A stretch of DNA of 64,000 nt from Candidatus Sericytochromatia bacterium (GTDB lineage: Bacteria > Cyanobacteriota > Sericytochromatia > S15B-MN24 > VGJW01): the NCBI GenBank assembly GCA_035285865.1, contig JAYKHS010000022.1, positions 1 through 64,000 on the forward strand, given 5' to 3'. Below, piece after piece: positions 8,186 through 17,980 of this stretch; position 1 is the first letter of the stretch; each line of letters begins with the position of its first letter. Below the pieces are notes generated by a model. That model searched no databases, was not told where the DNA came from, and was given only the letters and a program-made list of their open reading frames with translations. Both the position numbers and the translations under genes were made by a program.

Positions 8186-9063
8186 CAGTCGTCCCTCTCG
8201 AGACGGACGACCTGGACGGCCCGGCGCAGCCCGTCGGGCGTCGAGCCCGGTGTCACCCGGATCGTCGCGCCGCCGACATCGGCCATGAGCGGGGCCACGA
8301 CGAGCTGGTCCAGCACCAGCAGGTCGTCGCGTTCGAGGTTCTGCAGCTCGGCCACGGTCAGCGTGGTGCTGCCAAGCGTGACGAGGACGCGCACCGGCGT
8401 GTCGCCGAGCTGTGCGAGCCGACCGGAAGCCGCCGAGTCGTCCCGCGTCTGCCACGTCAACTCGGCGACGGCTTCCATGGCTTCGTCGAGGGGCGAGATC
8501 AGCGGTTGGGGCAAGGCCACTACGAGGCGGGCCGTGGCTCGGCCGGATGTCCGGATGCGGAAGGTGGTGCAGACCATCGGCGTCGCCGGTGCAAGGCCCG
8601 GCACGACTTCCTGCAGCTCCTCGAGCGTCGGGGCCTCGGGGAAGGTACCGAGCTGCCCCTCGAAGGCCGCAATCTCGGACCAAGCCTGGCTGTGCAGGTC
8701 GGAGACGCGCGCCAGCAGGTTGTCGACGACGCCCATGGCGGCGTCATCGAGTTCCTCAGCATCCTCGAGGCCCATCAGGACCTTGACGCCGGCGGCAGGC
8801 AACAGGAACAACACGCCTCCTGCCTGCTCGTTGAACGGGTAGATGCCCCAGAAGGCGTCGGTGCCGTGACGCTCGGCCATGGTGGCGTAAGGCAACATCT
8901 CGAGGCCCGAGACCGTCCATTCGAGATGAGGCAGGCCCGTTTCCGGGACCTGGCCATACTCGTCGGGCTCGGGCGGCATGCGCAGCACGTCCGCCATCTG
9001 CATCCCCAGGTGGTAGAGGGCGCGGAAGAGGGCGGGCTGTGAGGCGGGTGCCTGCGGCTCCAT
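8185..9063 (-). CDS. divergent FliM/FliY-like switch protein (CheC-like middle domain + SpoA domain)
   Basis: C-terminal LGDTPVRVLVTLGSTTLTVAELQNLERDDLLVLD; N-terminal alpha/beta region with a CheC-like pattern; operon position. Confidence 0.7.
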   Translation of the reverse strand: MEPQAPASQPALFRALYHLGMQMADVLRMPPEPDEYGQVPETGLPHLEWTVSGLEMLPYATMAERHGTDAFWGIYPFNEQAGGVLFLLPAAGVKVLMGLEDAEELDDAAMGVVDNLLARVSDLHSQAWSEIAAFEGQLGTFPEAPTLEELQEVVPGLAPATPMVCTTFRIRTSGRATARLVVALPQPLISPLDEAMEAVAELTWQTRDDSAASGRLAQLGDTPVRVLVTLGSTTLTVAELQNLERDDLLVLDQLVVAPLMADVGGATIRVTPGSTPDGLRRAVQVVRLERDD

Positions 9064-9133
9064 CGATCACCACCATGCCGCAGCGCACGACGCAAATCCG
9101 TGACAGGCGTGGCATCCCGCCACGGTCCGTCGC

Positions 9134-10273
9134 CTACCTGACGAGGTTGTTGACGTCGTCGATGAGCGCGTTGCCGACCTGAATGATCTTGACGCTCGCC
9201 GTGAAGGACTTCTGGGCAATGGTCATCTCGGGCAACGTGGTGTTGACCGAGCTGTTCGATGCCTCGAGGCGACGGCCCAAGACCTGGGTGCCGTCGAAGC
9301 CCACGTCCAGCGTGTCGGCCGTGCTGCCCGTCGCCGAAGTCGGCGCGGCATTGGTCGAAATACGGCTGCCGGCCGCCCCCAGGAAGAGGTCGCCACCCGA
9401 TGCAGGCGTCCACGAGAACAGCGAGCCCGACGAGGTCCGCGCGAGGCCCTCGCGCGACTGGAACTTGGCCAAGGCCACGAAGACCGGTGCCTTGTTGCCT
9501 GCCCTGTCGGTCGTCACGTCGCCATTGACGAGCAGACCGCCACGTTCATCGAAGCGGATGGTCTCGTCCGAGATGTTGGTGTTCCGGGCCTGGGTCGCAT
9601 CGCTCGAGATGACTTGATCAATCTCGATGGGCTTGAAGTCGTAGCTCTGGAAAGTGGGGCTGGTGGGCGGCTCGCCGTTCGTCAGGCTGCGGAACGTGTC
9701 GATCCGGGCATTGTCACCCTGCGGAGACCGCCGGAAAGCCGGAGGATCGAGGGCGAAGCCGGGCAGATTGGCCGCGCCGGGGCGATAGGTGTTCTGCGTG
9801 CCCTGCATGCCCATCACGAAGAGTCCCTCCTGATTGACCAGGCGGAACTTGCCCGTCGTCTGCGTGCCGCTCTGGCCTTCCACGACGTAGTCCAGACGGA
9901 AGCTGCCGTCGCGGGTGAACACGAGGTCGTCCATCTTGGTCGGATTGGGCGTCTTGGAGAGAATGAAGAAGCCTTCACCGTTGATGCCGAGGTCCGTCTG
10001 CCGGGTGCTCTCGGCGAGCAGGCCCTGGGAGAAGTCCGTCTTGATGGCGCTGATACGGCTGCCGCCCATCGGCATCGACATCGGGTTCAGACCGGCGAAG
10101 TTACCCTCGGGTGCCGTGGCTCCGTATAGCGTCTGGGAGAGCACGTCATCGAACTCGACGCGCTGCTGTTTGTAGCCCGTGACGTTGGAACCCGTCAGAT
10201 TGCCCGCCAGCACCTTGAGCCACTGGTCCATCGACTGGATGCTGTTGACGCCCGTCAGGCGAATGTCGCCCAT
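9134..10273 (-). CDS. flgE: flagellar hook/rod protein, FlgE/FlgG family (divergent)
   Basis: NLTGSNVTGYK, TDFSQG, TDLGINGEGFF, FTRDGSF, LEASN and C-terminal helix; follows flgD. Confidence 0.85.
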   Translation of the reverse strand: MGDIRLTGVNSIQSMDQWLKVLAGNLTGSNVTGYKQQRVEFDDVLSQTLYGATAPEGNFAGLNPMSMPMGGSRISAIKTDFSQGLLAESTRQTDLGINGEGFFILSKTPNPTKMDDLVFTRDGSFRLDYVVEGQSGTQTTGKFRLVNQEGLFVMGMQGTQNTYRPGAANLPGFALDPPAFRRSPQGDNARIDTFRSLTNGEPPTSPTFQSYDFKPIEIDQVISSDATQARNTNISDETIRFDERGGLLVNGDVTTDRAGNKAPVFVALAKFQSREGLARTSSGSLFSWTPASGGDLFLGAAGSRISTNAAPTSATGSTADTLDVGFDGTQVLGRRLEASNSSVNTTLPEMTIAQKSFTASVKIIQVGNALIDDVNNLVR

Positions 10274-10322
10274 GGAACACCTCGTCTCGTCGCGGGGGGA
10301 TGTTAATCGTCGGTTGGGGCCG

Positions 10323-10745
10323 TCAGGCCTCGATGGCCTCGACCTGGTCGAGGCGGAACTCCTCGCCGTTGACCCGGACGCGCGGCATCTGGTCTGGCTT
10401 GCTGAAGTCCAGAGACTCCACGCGGCCCTGGATGTAGTTGTCGCGACCGACCTTGACGGTAACGACCCGGTCGATCAGCGCGGTCGCCGCCGCGACGCGC
10501 TGGTTGGCAAGCGTGACTTCGTTGATCTGGCTCATCGAGATGGCCGCATTGACCTGGGCGAACTGGGCGATCATGTCGGTCGCATTCAGGGGGGACTCCG
10601 GATCCTGGTTCGTCAGCTGTGCGACCAGCATCTTCAGGAAGCCATCCGCCTGCTCCTGGGCGCTGACGACCGAGGTGGCCCCACCGGGCTTCTGCGGGGG
10701 CGGCGTGTAGGCGATCGCCTGGACCTTGCGGCTGCTCATCGGCAT
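10323..10745 (-). CDS. flgD: flagellar hook capping protein FlgD (short form)
   Basis: FLKMLVAQLTNQDPESPL...MIAQFAQ; ATG 10745; 140 aa. Confidence 0.9.
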   Translation of the reverse strand: MPMSSRKVQAIAYTPPPQKPGGATSVVSAQEQADGFLKMLVAQLTNQDPESPLNATDMIAQFAQVNAAISMSQINEVTLANQRVAAATALIDRVVTVKVGRDNYIQGRVESLDFSKPDQMPRVRVNGEEFRLDQVEAIEA

Positions 10746-10883
10746 GTCTCCGTCTTCTCCGGGAACGCGAGGCCTCTGTACCCCGCAGGATCGGCAATCT
10801 ATCGCCCGGCTAACACGTTGCGAATGAATCCTTGATGAAATCCCCCGGGTTTGCGCGGAGCCGGTGCGCGGTACAGTCCCCCC

Positions 10884-13154
10884 GTGCGGGCGCGCTTCCT
10901 GTGGATGACGGTCCTGGCGGCCATGCCGATGCTGTCGGGGCCCCTGCCCGCCGTGGCCGCCCGAGGCCCCGCCCTGGTCGATCCGTGGCGTGGCATCCGT
11001 GACGACGAACGGGTTGCCGACCGGCTCGCTGCCGCGGCCAGGCACGCGGTGTTGCCGAAATTCGTCAACAACAAGGATTTGCCCCTGCCCTGGAAGCAGG
11101 CACTCGGCCTCATGTCGGCAGATCCCGCGGAGCGGCTGGCTCGGGCCCGTCGCGTGGCACGCCACTGGCCCGAGGAGCGCGTGCCGGCCTTGCGGATTCT
11201 TCTGGCGCACCGTGACGCTGCCGTGCGGATGCAGGCCGCAACCATCCTTGGCCATGCGGCGGATCCGGGTGCTCCTCCATTTCTTCAACGGCTGGTCGGC
11301 GATCCGGATCCCGGGGTGCGGGCGGCCGTCGTGACGGCGCTCGGTCGGACCGCATCGCGGCGCGCCCTGCCGCTGATCGAGGCGGCCCTCGCGGATCCCG
11401 TGCCACTTGTCCGGAACGCGGCCCGCGAGAGTCTGGGTGGCATGGGCGCCGGTCGGGAGGTTCTGCTGCGTGCCGCCACACGCGGACCCGTTGGCGAGCG
11501 ACTGGCCTGCTGGGCCGCCCTCGCCCGCTTGCCCGGCAGGCAGGATGGTCCGGCCTTGCAGGAGGTGCTGTTTGCGCCGGCGGGCGTCGCGGCTTGGCGT
11601 GCAGGGCGCCCCGAGGCTTCCCGCATCGTGCGGGGCCTTGCCCGCAGGTTGGATGGCGACCAGACCGAGCAGCTGGCAGCTTTCGTGCACGCGAGCGACC
11701 CCCACGTGCGTCGGCTGGCTCTGGCCGTGCTCGAGGAGGCTCTGAGTCCTGCCGTCAGTTCCGTCTTGATGGCCGCGCTTCGGGATACCGATGAGGAAGT
11801 GCGTGGTCGGGCAGCCTCGGCTCTGGGGCGGTTGGGCGATCCGGCGGCCGTCGGGCCCTTGCTGGACGGATTGCTGCGCGGCGACCTGCGCTGGGCGGGA
11901 TTCGATCAAGCCTTGCTGGCCCTGTGGCGACTCGAGGCTCGGTCGGTGCTGCCGCGTCTACGCGAGGCGGCCACGCCTGCCGTGGGCGGCGTGCAGCCCG
12001 GCGTGCTGCTGCTGATCGGGCATTGGGGTATCCCGGCCGACATGGTCCTGCTCTCCGGTCGCCTGAAGGATCCCGATCCGGCTGTCCGTTTCGCGGCGAC
12101 ACGGGCCATGGGCCTCATCCTCGACCGCATGCCGTCGGTCGCCTGTCCCGAGCCTCCACCCGCCCGACTTGGGACCGACGCGATGCTCGCTCCGCGACCT
12201 GAGGCCCGCAGGCCTGATTGTCCCCAGCACCGCGTGGCTCCGGCGTTGGCCGATGACGATGCGGCCGTCGCTGTGGCGGCCCTGGATCTGGTACGACGGC
12301 ATCCGTCGGCCTGGCTCGTCCCTGAGGTCGTCGCGGCGGCTTCGGGACCCGGGCAGACCATTCGTCTTGCCGCTTTGCCGACCTTGGCCGTGCTCGGGGT
12401 GCCCGGCCTCGAGGGCCGGTTGTACGGGGAGGTCGAGGCGGGCGTGTCCGGTGCGCTCGAGGCGGCGTGGACCCTGGGAGGGCCGCTGGCCCTGATGGCT
12501 CGGGACGTCGCGCTTGCCGCTCCGGATCCGGCCATCCGGGGGCGCTGGCTGGCGCGGCTCGAGCGGGGTGAGGGTGGCGCATCCCGGGCGGGTGATGCCG
12601 CACGTTACCTGCAGGATCCGGACGGGGCACTGCGGACCCGGGCAGCTCGGCTGGCGTGGCGGGGCGTGGTGCCGCTGCAGGCGTGGCCGGTGCCCGGACA
12701 ACTGGAACCGATCTCGGCCGCACGCCTGTGGGCCGGGGCTGCCAGTCGCCCGGGCAAGACAGGCGAGGCGGCACGCGGCCGTTGGCTGGGTGCACTCAGC
12801 CACGCCGACCCCATCGTCCGCGTGGCGGCCACCGAGGCGCTGGGGGGCGTGCCGGTTCCGGCCATGCTCGGCCCGCTGTCACTACGCGCCCGCGATCGGG
12901 ATCCCGAGGTGGCTCGCGCGGCGTGGCGCGCGGCCCTGCGTTGGCCTGCCGCCGAAGCCACGTCGCTGCTGACGGACCTCGTCGGAGCGGGTGGGGCGGC
13001 AGCGCGCGGCGTGCTGGACGCGTGCCCGTCGACGCATCCCTTGCGGGCCCGCCTGGTCCGGGTGGGCAGTGTCAGCAAGGATCCGCGGGTCCGCTGGGCT
13101 GCGGGTCGCCTTGCCGAGCGAGTCGGGGACCCGGCGTCGCGAGGGAACCCCTAG
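10884..13154 (+). CDS. HEAT/PBS-lyase repeat protein with N-terminal signal-like segment
   Basis: Repeated D.DP.VR.AA..ALG motifs; start chosen at GTG 10884 (TACAGT 6 nt upstream). Confidence 0.85.
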   Translation: MRARFLWMTVLAAMPMLSGPLPAVAARGPALVDPWRGIRDDERVADRLAAAARHAVLPKFVNNKDLPLPWKQALGLMSADPAERLARARRVARHWPEERVPALRILLAHRDAAVRMQAATILGHAADPGAPPFLQRLVGDPDPGVRAAVVTALGRTASRRALPLIEAALADPVPLVRNAARESLGGMGAGREVLLRAATRGPVGERLACWAALARLPGRQDGPALQEVLFAPAGVAAWRAGRPEASRIVRGLARRLDGDQTEQLAAFVHASDPHVRRLALAVLEEALSPAVSSVLMAALRDTDEEVRGRAASALGRLGDPAAVGPLLDGLLRGDLRWAGFDQALLALWRLEARSVLPRLREAATPAVGGVQPGVLLLIGHWGIPADMVLLSGRLKDPDPAVRFAATRAMGLILDRMPSVACPEPPPARLGTDAMLAPRPEARRPDCPQHRVAPALADDDAAVAVAALDLVRRHPSAWLVPEVVAAASGPGQTIRLAALPTLAVLGVPGLEGRLYGEVEAGVSGALEAAWTLGGPLALMARDVALAAPDPAIRGRWLARLERGEGGASRAGDAARYLQDPDGALRTRAARLAWRGVVPLQAWPVPGQLEPISAARLWAGAASRPGKTGEAARGRWLGALSHADPIVRVAATEALGGVPVPAMLGPLSLRARDRDPEVARAAWRAALRWPAAEATSLLTDLVGAGGAAARGVLDACPSTHPLRARLVRVGSVSKDPRVRWAAGRLAERVGDPASRGNP

Positions 13155-13240
13155 GCCGGCCGAAGCGTCTTCCTCTCAGGACTGGCCCGCAGGCATCCGG
13201 AATGGTGTCATGACGCAGTTCCCTCACGGAGGAGTTCCGC

Positions 13241-13618
13241 ATGCCTTTCCTCGCCCTCGCCGTCAGCCTGTCGGCCGCGCCAGCGGAAACGCCCCCGCCT
13301 CGACTTGTTCTGCCTTATGTTTCGGCCGTGACGGCGCCTTCGACGGTGCGCAAGGGCGAGTCCGCCGTCGTCACGATCGAGGGTTCCTGGCCGGACCCGT
13401 CGTGGTCGCTCGGTCGCGTTCACGTCCGCAAGGAGGCGCGCCGGGTGGTCGTCTCCATGGCTGGCGCGGCGCGGCGCGACGGATTCTTTCCGATGGTGCT
13501 CGTCCCCTTCACGGCGACGGCCTCGCTGCCCCCCTTGCCGCCAGGCACCTGGACGGTCGTCGCGGCAGGTCGGACCGAGGACGCGACCTGCTCGCTCCAC
13601 GTGCTCTCCGGGCGCTAG
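13241..13618 (+). CDS. small secreted beta-rich hypothetical protein
   Basis: GGAGGAG RBS; hydrophobic N-terminus; VTIEGSWPDP..VLVPFT..LPPGTWTV. Confidence 0.75.
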   Translation: MPFLALAVSLSAAPAETPPPRLVLPYVSAVTAPSTVRKGESAVVTIEGSWPDPSWSLGRVHVRKEARRVVVSMAGAARRDGFFPMVLVPFTATASLPPLPPGTWTVVAAGRTEDATCSLHVLSGR

Positions 13619-13685
13619 ACTTACCCGGGAATTAACGTCAGTTTGGTCCATCTTGAACCGACAATCGAGGCAGGAGGACGGGGGC

Positions 13686-15173
13686 ATGACGCATACCAAG
13701 GGAACGTGGCTGGCAGGCCTTTGCCTGGCCATCACGCTTTCGGGTTGTGGCCGTCCGGGCATCCCGGCGCTGCCCGATCCACTCGGTAGCAACGGCAGCC
13801 AGGCACAGCCTCAGGCACCCGTGGCCCATCTGCCTGTCGGCGTAGCCGCCACCGGCATCCGCCTGACGGCCCAGGAGGGCAAGGTGGCCGTGGGTTCCAG
13901 CGTCCGCGTCCAGGTCCTCGTTCAGCTTTCCAACGGCCAGATCGTCAGCGATCCTCGGCTCTGCCGTTGGTCCGTTTCGGATCCTCAGGCCGCCGCCGTC
14001 GACCAGACCGGCCTCGTGACTGGGCTCAACCCCCGCTCTGCGGTCGTCCGCGCCCAGGTCGGCGATGCCGTCGCCGAGGTTGCTCTCGAGGTGGTGCCGA
14101 CCGTGCTTGCCTGGCAGCAGGTCACCTCCCCCGTCACCGCGGACCTTTTCGCGGTCCGGATGCTTTCCCGCCAGGACGGCTGGGCCGTCGGTGCCCGCGG
14201 CACGATCCTGCGCTGGGTCAGCCAGCAGTGGGTCGTCCATCCCGGCGCCAGCGACGCCGGCGTGACCCACCGCGGTCTCTCCTTCTCCGACCCCGGCACC
14301 GGCTGGATCGTCGGCCATCGCGGCACCGAGGACCGCCCCCAAGGCGCCGTCGCTCTGGCTTTCGCGGGCCAGCAGTGGGTGTCGGTTCCCGTGCCTGCCA
14401 CCGGCGGCCTGCGGGCCGTCGCGACGGTCGACCGGGACCGGGCGTGGGCCGTCGGCGCCGATGGCTCGGGCCGGGCGCTGATCATGCGTTGGAACGGCCG
14501 CGCTTGGACGCAGGACACCTCTTGGACCGGCAAGGGCGCGCTCAATGCCATCCAGATGGTCGGTTCTCAGGGGTGGGCCGTCGGCCGTGACGGCAGCAAC
14601 CCGCTCGTCCTCCACTACGACGGCAGCCGCTGGACCAAGCAGAACCTGCCTTTCGGCACCGGCCTTCTCGAGGCCGGCGAGCTCAAGGGCCTGCACATGA
14701 TGAACGGTGACCAGGGCTATGCCGTCGGCTGGTCCGAGCCGACCGTCGGCTTCCGCAAGGGCCTCGTGTTCCGCTTCGACGCCCGTGGCCAGGCCCGCTT
14801 CCAGTGGTCTCAGTGGCAGCGCGTCGACGCCGCCGATGCCGGCGTGCCCTACCTCGCGCAGTCCACCCTGAACGCCGTCTCGATGCTCTCCGGCAACGAA
14901 GGCTGGATGCTCGGCGAGACCGTGACCCCCCGCCAGCTCCTCCCCGTCGCCCCGGTCAACGACCTCTTCGCCAACTTGCTCAGCTTCGACGGCAGCAACT
15001 ATCGTCCCGACGACAAGTTCTTCCGCTACAACCTGAGCAAGGAGTGCACGGGCATCCACCTGCTGCCCGAGGGCCAGGGCGCGGTCTGCGGTCGTCAGGG
15101 TTACCTGATGATGCGGATGCCGGACTTCCGCCAGCCCTACGGCGCGGTGCCCTCCACCGCCATGGGTTCCTGA
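13686..15173 (+). CDS. lipoprotein with an Ig-like (Big_2-type) domain and beta-propeller repeats
   Basis: Lipobox LSGC; WSVSDPQAAAVDQTGLVTG; repeated GWAVG..G.IL.W.G..W blades; AGGAGG RBS. Confidence 0.85.
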   Translation: MTHTKGTWLAGLCLAITLSGCGRPGIPALPDPLGSNGSQAQPQAPVAHLPVGVAATGIRLTAQEGKVAVGSSVRVQVLVQLSNGQIVSDPRLCRWSVSDPQAAAVDQTGLVTGLNPRSAVVRAQVGDAVAEVALEVVPTVLAWQQVTSPVTADLFAVRMLSRQDGWAVGARGTILRWVSQQWVVHPGASDAGVTHRGLSFSDPGTGWIVGHRGTEDRPQGAVALAFAGQQWVSVPVPATGGLRAVATVDRDRAWAVGADGSGRALIMRWNGRAWTQDTSWTGKGALNAIQMVGSQGWAVGRDGSNPLVLHYDGSRWTKQNLPFGTGLLEAGELKGLHMMNGDQGYAVGWSEPTVGFRKGLVFRFDARGQARFQWSQWQRVDAADAGVPYLAQSTLNAVSMLSGNEGWMLGETVTPRQLLPVAPVNDLFANLLSFDGSNYRPDDKFFRYNLSKECTGIHLLPEGQGAVCGRQGYLMMRMPDFRQPYGAVPSTAMGS

Positions 15174-16585
15174 ACGACGGCCCCGGAAGTTCCGGGGAAG
15201 AGGCCCAGCGCATTCGCGACGGGACGCTCGGGCCGCTGGCCTACGAGCGTCCCGTTCGGCGTCCAGAGCGTCGTCGACGTGCCTCCGTCCAGATTCAGGC
15301 CCTGCCACGCACCCCAGCGGACCAGCGTGGCGGCTGCTTCCTCGAGACTCATGCCGAGATCGCCGGCGCGATCCTGGGCGGTCGTCAGCAGGATGATGCG
15401 TCCGTCCCTGCCGATACCGACAGCTGTCCTGGCGTGCCGGCCGCGCATGATGTCCGCCCTGAAGCGCTCTTCCTGGCTGATCTGGACCTGGCCGTCCCGG
15501 ACCAGTTCCGGCCCCGCTCCGAGGGCATCCCCGTCAAGACCCCAGAACTCCCGTGTGGGCTCGTGCAGGTTCATCACCGTACCGCGCCTTGCCCGGGCAG
15601 CGAGCCAGTTGGCCCGGACGCCGCGGGCGTGCACGACCCAGCCGCCGGGCGGCAGGCCCATGTCCCGTTGGCCAACGCCCAGAACGACACCATCCCGCGA
15701 CACGGCAAGCTCGAGGCTGTCGTTATCGCCGCGCGTACCGCTGCGGTTCGACCAAGGCTCACGGAAGAGGCTGAGGCCATCCGCCGCGGCTGGCAGCACG
15801 TTCACCTGGTCCACCTCGGCACTTTCGCCCCCGGGCAGGAGGATCCACGGCTGGACCGAGGCGCGTGCCACCGAAAGGTTTTTGCCGGCGAGATGCAGGG
15901 CCGTGCGTGCATGGATGGGGCCCGAGAGAATGCGCTCGTCCTGCTGGACCAGCCCCAGCGCGAAGCCGTCACGCGGGCTGAAGTAACCGCCGTTGACGGC
16001 CGCAATCGGTTGGTGGCGACGCGCGATGTTTCCGGTCGATTCGAGCCGGCTGCCCTGTCGGTTCAGCAGGCGGAGATGCGCCGCACCGGGGTTGGCCACC
16101 ACGAGCACGTTCCGATGACGGCCTTCTTCGCGGCCCACCTCCTCTTCGAGCAGGACGACTCCAGGTATCAAGCTGCGGCTGGCGACCCTGACGAAGGTCT
16201 TGCGCAGCGTGACCGTCAGGTCGTCCTTGCCCTCGGCGGCCTCGAAGGGCAGCGGGTAGGTCCAGGGCACGCCCACCACGACCTCGTCGCGTGACGCCGT
16301 TGCGGTGACGAGCGGCAACAGGGCGTCCCCGGTCTGCCTGACGTCGTCCCGCAGTTGTCCGGGCGTCGGGCGCAACGTGATGCGCAGCCCTTCGGGGCTC
16401 GGCACCACCTGCAGCGCTTTGGGGCGAGCCCGGTGCTCCCACTTCAGGCTCAGGACGAGCGTGTCCGGCCCGCCTCGCGTCTCGAGGACGAGGCGGGCCG
16501 GGAGAGGGCGGGCCTTCCCGGCACCGATGCCCAGCATGCTGCCCGCGCAGACCAGCGCCAGCCGATGGCGACCCGACCGCGTCAA
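15137..16585 (-). CDS. phosphodiester glycosidase (NAGPA/DUF2233) family protein
   Basis: AAVNGGYF, GAGPELVRDG, HARTAVG and LNLDGGTST. Confidence 0.9.
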   Translation of the reverse strand: MTRSGRHRLALVCAGSMLGIGAGKARPLPARLVLETRGGPDTLVLSLKWEHRARPKALQVVPSPEGLRITLRPTPGQLRDDVRQTGDALLPLVTATASRDEVVVGVPWTYPLPFEAAEGKDDLTVTLRKTFVRVASRSLIPGVVLLEEEVGREEGRHRNVLVVANPGAAHLRLLNRQGSRLESTGNIARRHQPIAAVNGGYFSPRDGFALGLVQQDERILSGPIHARTALHLAGKNLSVARASVQPWILLPGGESAEVDQVNVLPAAADGLSLFREPWSNRSGTRGDNDSLELAVSRDGVVLGVGQRDMGLPPGGWVVHARGVRANWLAARARRGTVMNLHEPTREFWGLDGDALGAGPELVRDGQVQISQEERFRADIMRGRHARTAVGIGRDGRIILLTTAQDRAGDLGMSLEEAAATLVRWGAWQGLNLDGGTSTTLWTPNGTLVGQRPERPVANALGLFPGTSGAVVQEPMAVEGTAP

Positions 16586-17856
16586 GAGCGGGCAGTCTCT
16601 CCGACGCCGGAACGCGTGATGCGCGCGCCGACCGAGACCAGCTTCTCCTCGAGGCGCTCGTAGCCGCGGTCGATATGGTGGACACCCGTGACCTGCGTCG
16701 TGCCCCGACCCGCGAGACCGGCCACGACCAGCGCGGCTCCCGCCCGCAGGTCCGTGGCACGCACCGGCGCTCCCGTCAGGGGTCGGACGCCCTGAATGAC
16801 GGCGCAGTTCCCTTCCGTCTTGATGTTGGCGCCCATGCGCAGCAGTTCGTCCACGTGCAGGAAGCGGTTCTCGAAGACCGTCTCCGTGATCATCGACGTG
16901 CCCGGGGTCATGGCAAGCAGGGCCATCATCTGGGCCTGCAGGTCCGTCGGGAAGCCAGGGAACGGCAAGGTCCGGACATCGACCGTCGTCAGGTCTCCCT
17001 TTGCTTGGACGCGAACGGCTTCAGGGGCGGTCCAGGTCACGGTGACACCCATCTCCTGGAGCTTGCCCGTCAGCGAGGCAACCTGTTCGGGGCGGATGCC
17101 GACCAGCGTCAGGTCTCCACGCGTGGCGGCGGCAGCAATCATGAACGTGCCGGCCTCGATGCGGTCGCCGATGCAGCGGTGGCGCACGCCGACGAGGTCC
17201 GGACGGCCTTCGATGCGCATGCACTCGGTGCCGGCGCCTTCGATGCGTGCCCCCATCGCCGTCAGCAGGTCCGCGAGATCGACGATTTCCGGCTCCTGCG
17301 CCCCGTTCGTGAGCGTCGTGGTGCCCTCGGCGAGGGCGGCGGCCATCATGATGGTTTCCGTGGCACCGACGGAGGGGTAGTCGAGGTAGATGGTCGTCCC
17401 CACGAGGCGGTCGGCCCGTGCGATGGCGTAGCCGTGTTCGATTGCGACTTCGGCACCCAGGGCGCGAAGACCCTTGAGATGGAGGTCCACAGGGCGAGAG
17501 CCGATGGCGCAGCCCCCGGGCAGCGGGATGCGTGCTTGGCCGAGCCGCGCGAGGATGGGGCCGAGCACGAAGAACGAGGCCCGCATGCGCGTCACCAGGT
17601 CGTAAGGCGTCGTGTGGTCGGTCAGGACCGAAGCATCGAGGGAGATGCCGTCAGGCAGCCGCTGGACCTTGACTCCGATGCTGGAGAGGACCTCGAGCAT
17701 CACTTGGACGTCTGCCAGTTCGGGCACGTTCTCGAGCACCGTCGTGCCCGAGGCGCAGAGCGTGGCGGCGAGCAGGGCGAGGGCGGTGTTCTTGGCTCCA
17801 CTGACGGCAAGCGTGCCGATCAGGGGTTGACCGCCTTCGATCAGGATGGCTTCCAA
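16582..17856 (-). CDS. murA: UDP-N-acetylglucosamine 1-carboxyvinyltransferase
   Basis: SGAKN, RMRAS, LPGGCAIGSRPVDLH, PGFPTDLQ and DLRAGA. Confidence 0.98.
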   Translation of the reverse strand: MEAILIEGGQPLIGTLAVSGAKNTALALLAATLCASGTTVLENVPELADVQVMLEVLSSIGVKVQRLPDGISLDASVLTDHTTPYDLVTRMRASFFVLGPILARLGQARIPLPGGCAIGSRPVDLHLKGLRALGAEVAIEHGYAIARADRLVGTTIYLDYPSVGATETIMMAAALAEGTTTLTNGAQEPEIVDLADLLTAMGARIEGAGTECMRIEGRPDLVGVRHRCIGDRIEAGTFMIAAAATRGDLTLVGIRPEQVASLTGKLQEMGVTVTWTAPEAVRVQAKGDLTTVDVRTLPFPGFPTDLQAQMMALLAMTPGTSMITETVFENRFLHVDELLRMGANIKTEGNCAVIQGVRPLTGAPVRATDLRAGAALVVAGLAGRGTTQVTGVHHIDRGYERLEEKLVSVGARITRSGVGETARS

Positions 17857-17980
17857 GGGTGTGACTCCGGGGGGCTGGGGTTTTCCCCATCTTGCGCGGG
17901 TGGCGCGCGTCGTACAGTGACCGCCGCACGGCCCTTATGGTCCGGCAGTGTACCAGACGCCCCCGGGGCGCGGTCCGGTG

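Noticed and set aside
10323..11909. Apparent 528-aa FlgD fusion (and similar long N-extensions of 29531-32107, 25167-29162 and 6803-8683)
   Set aside because: The extensions overlap other genes; true starts with RBS, -10 box or translational coupling lie downstream
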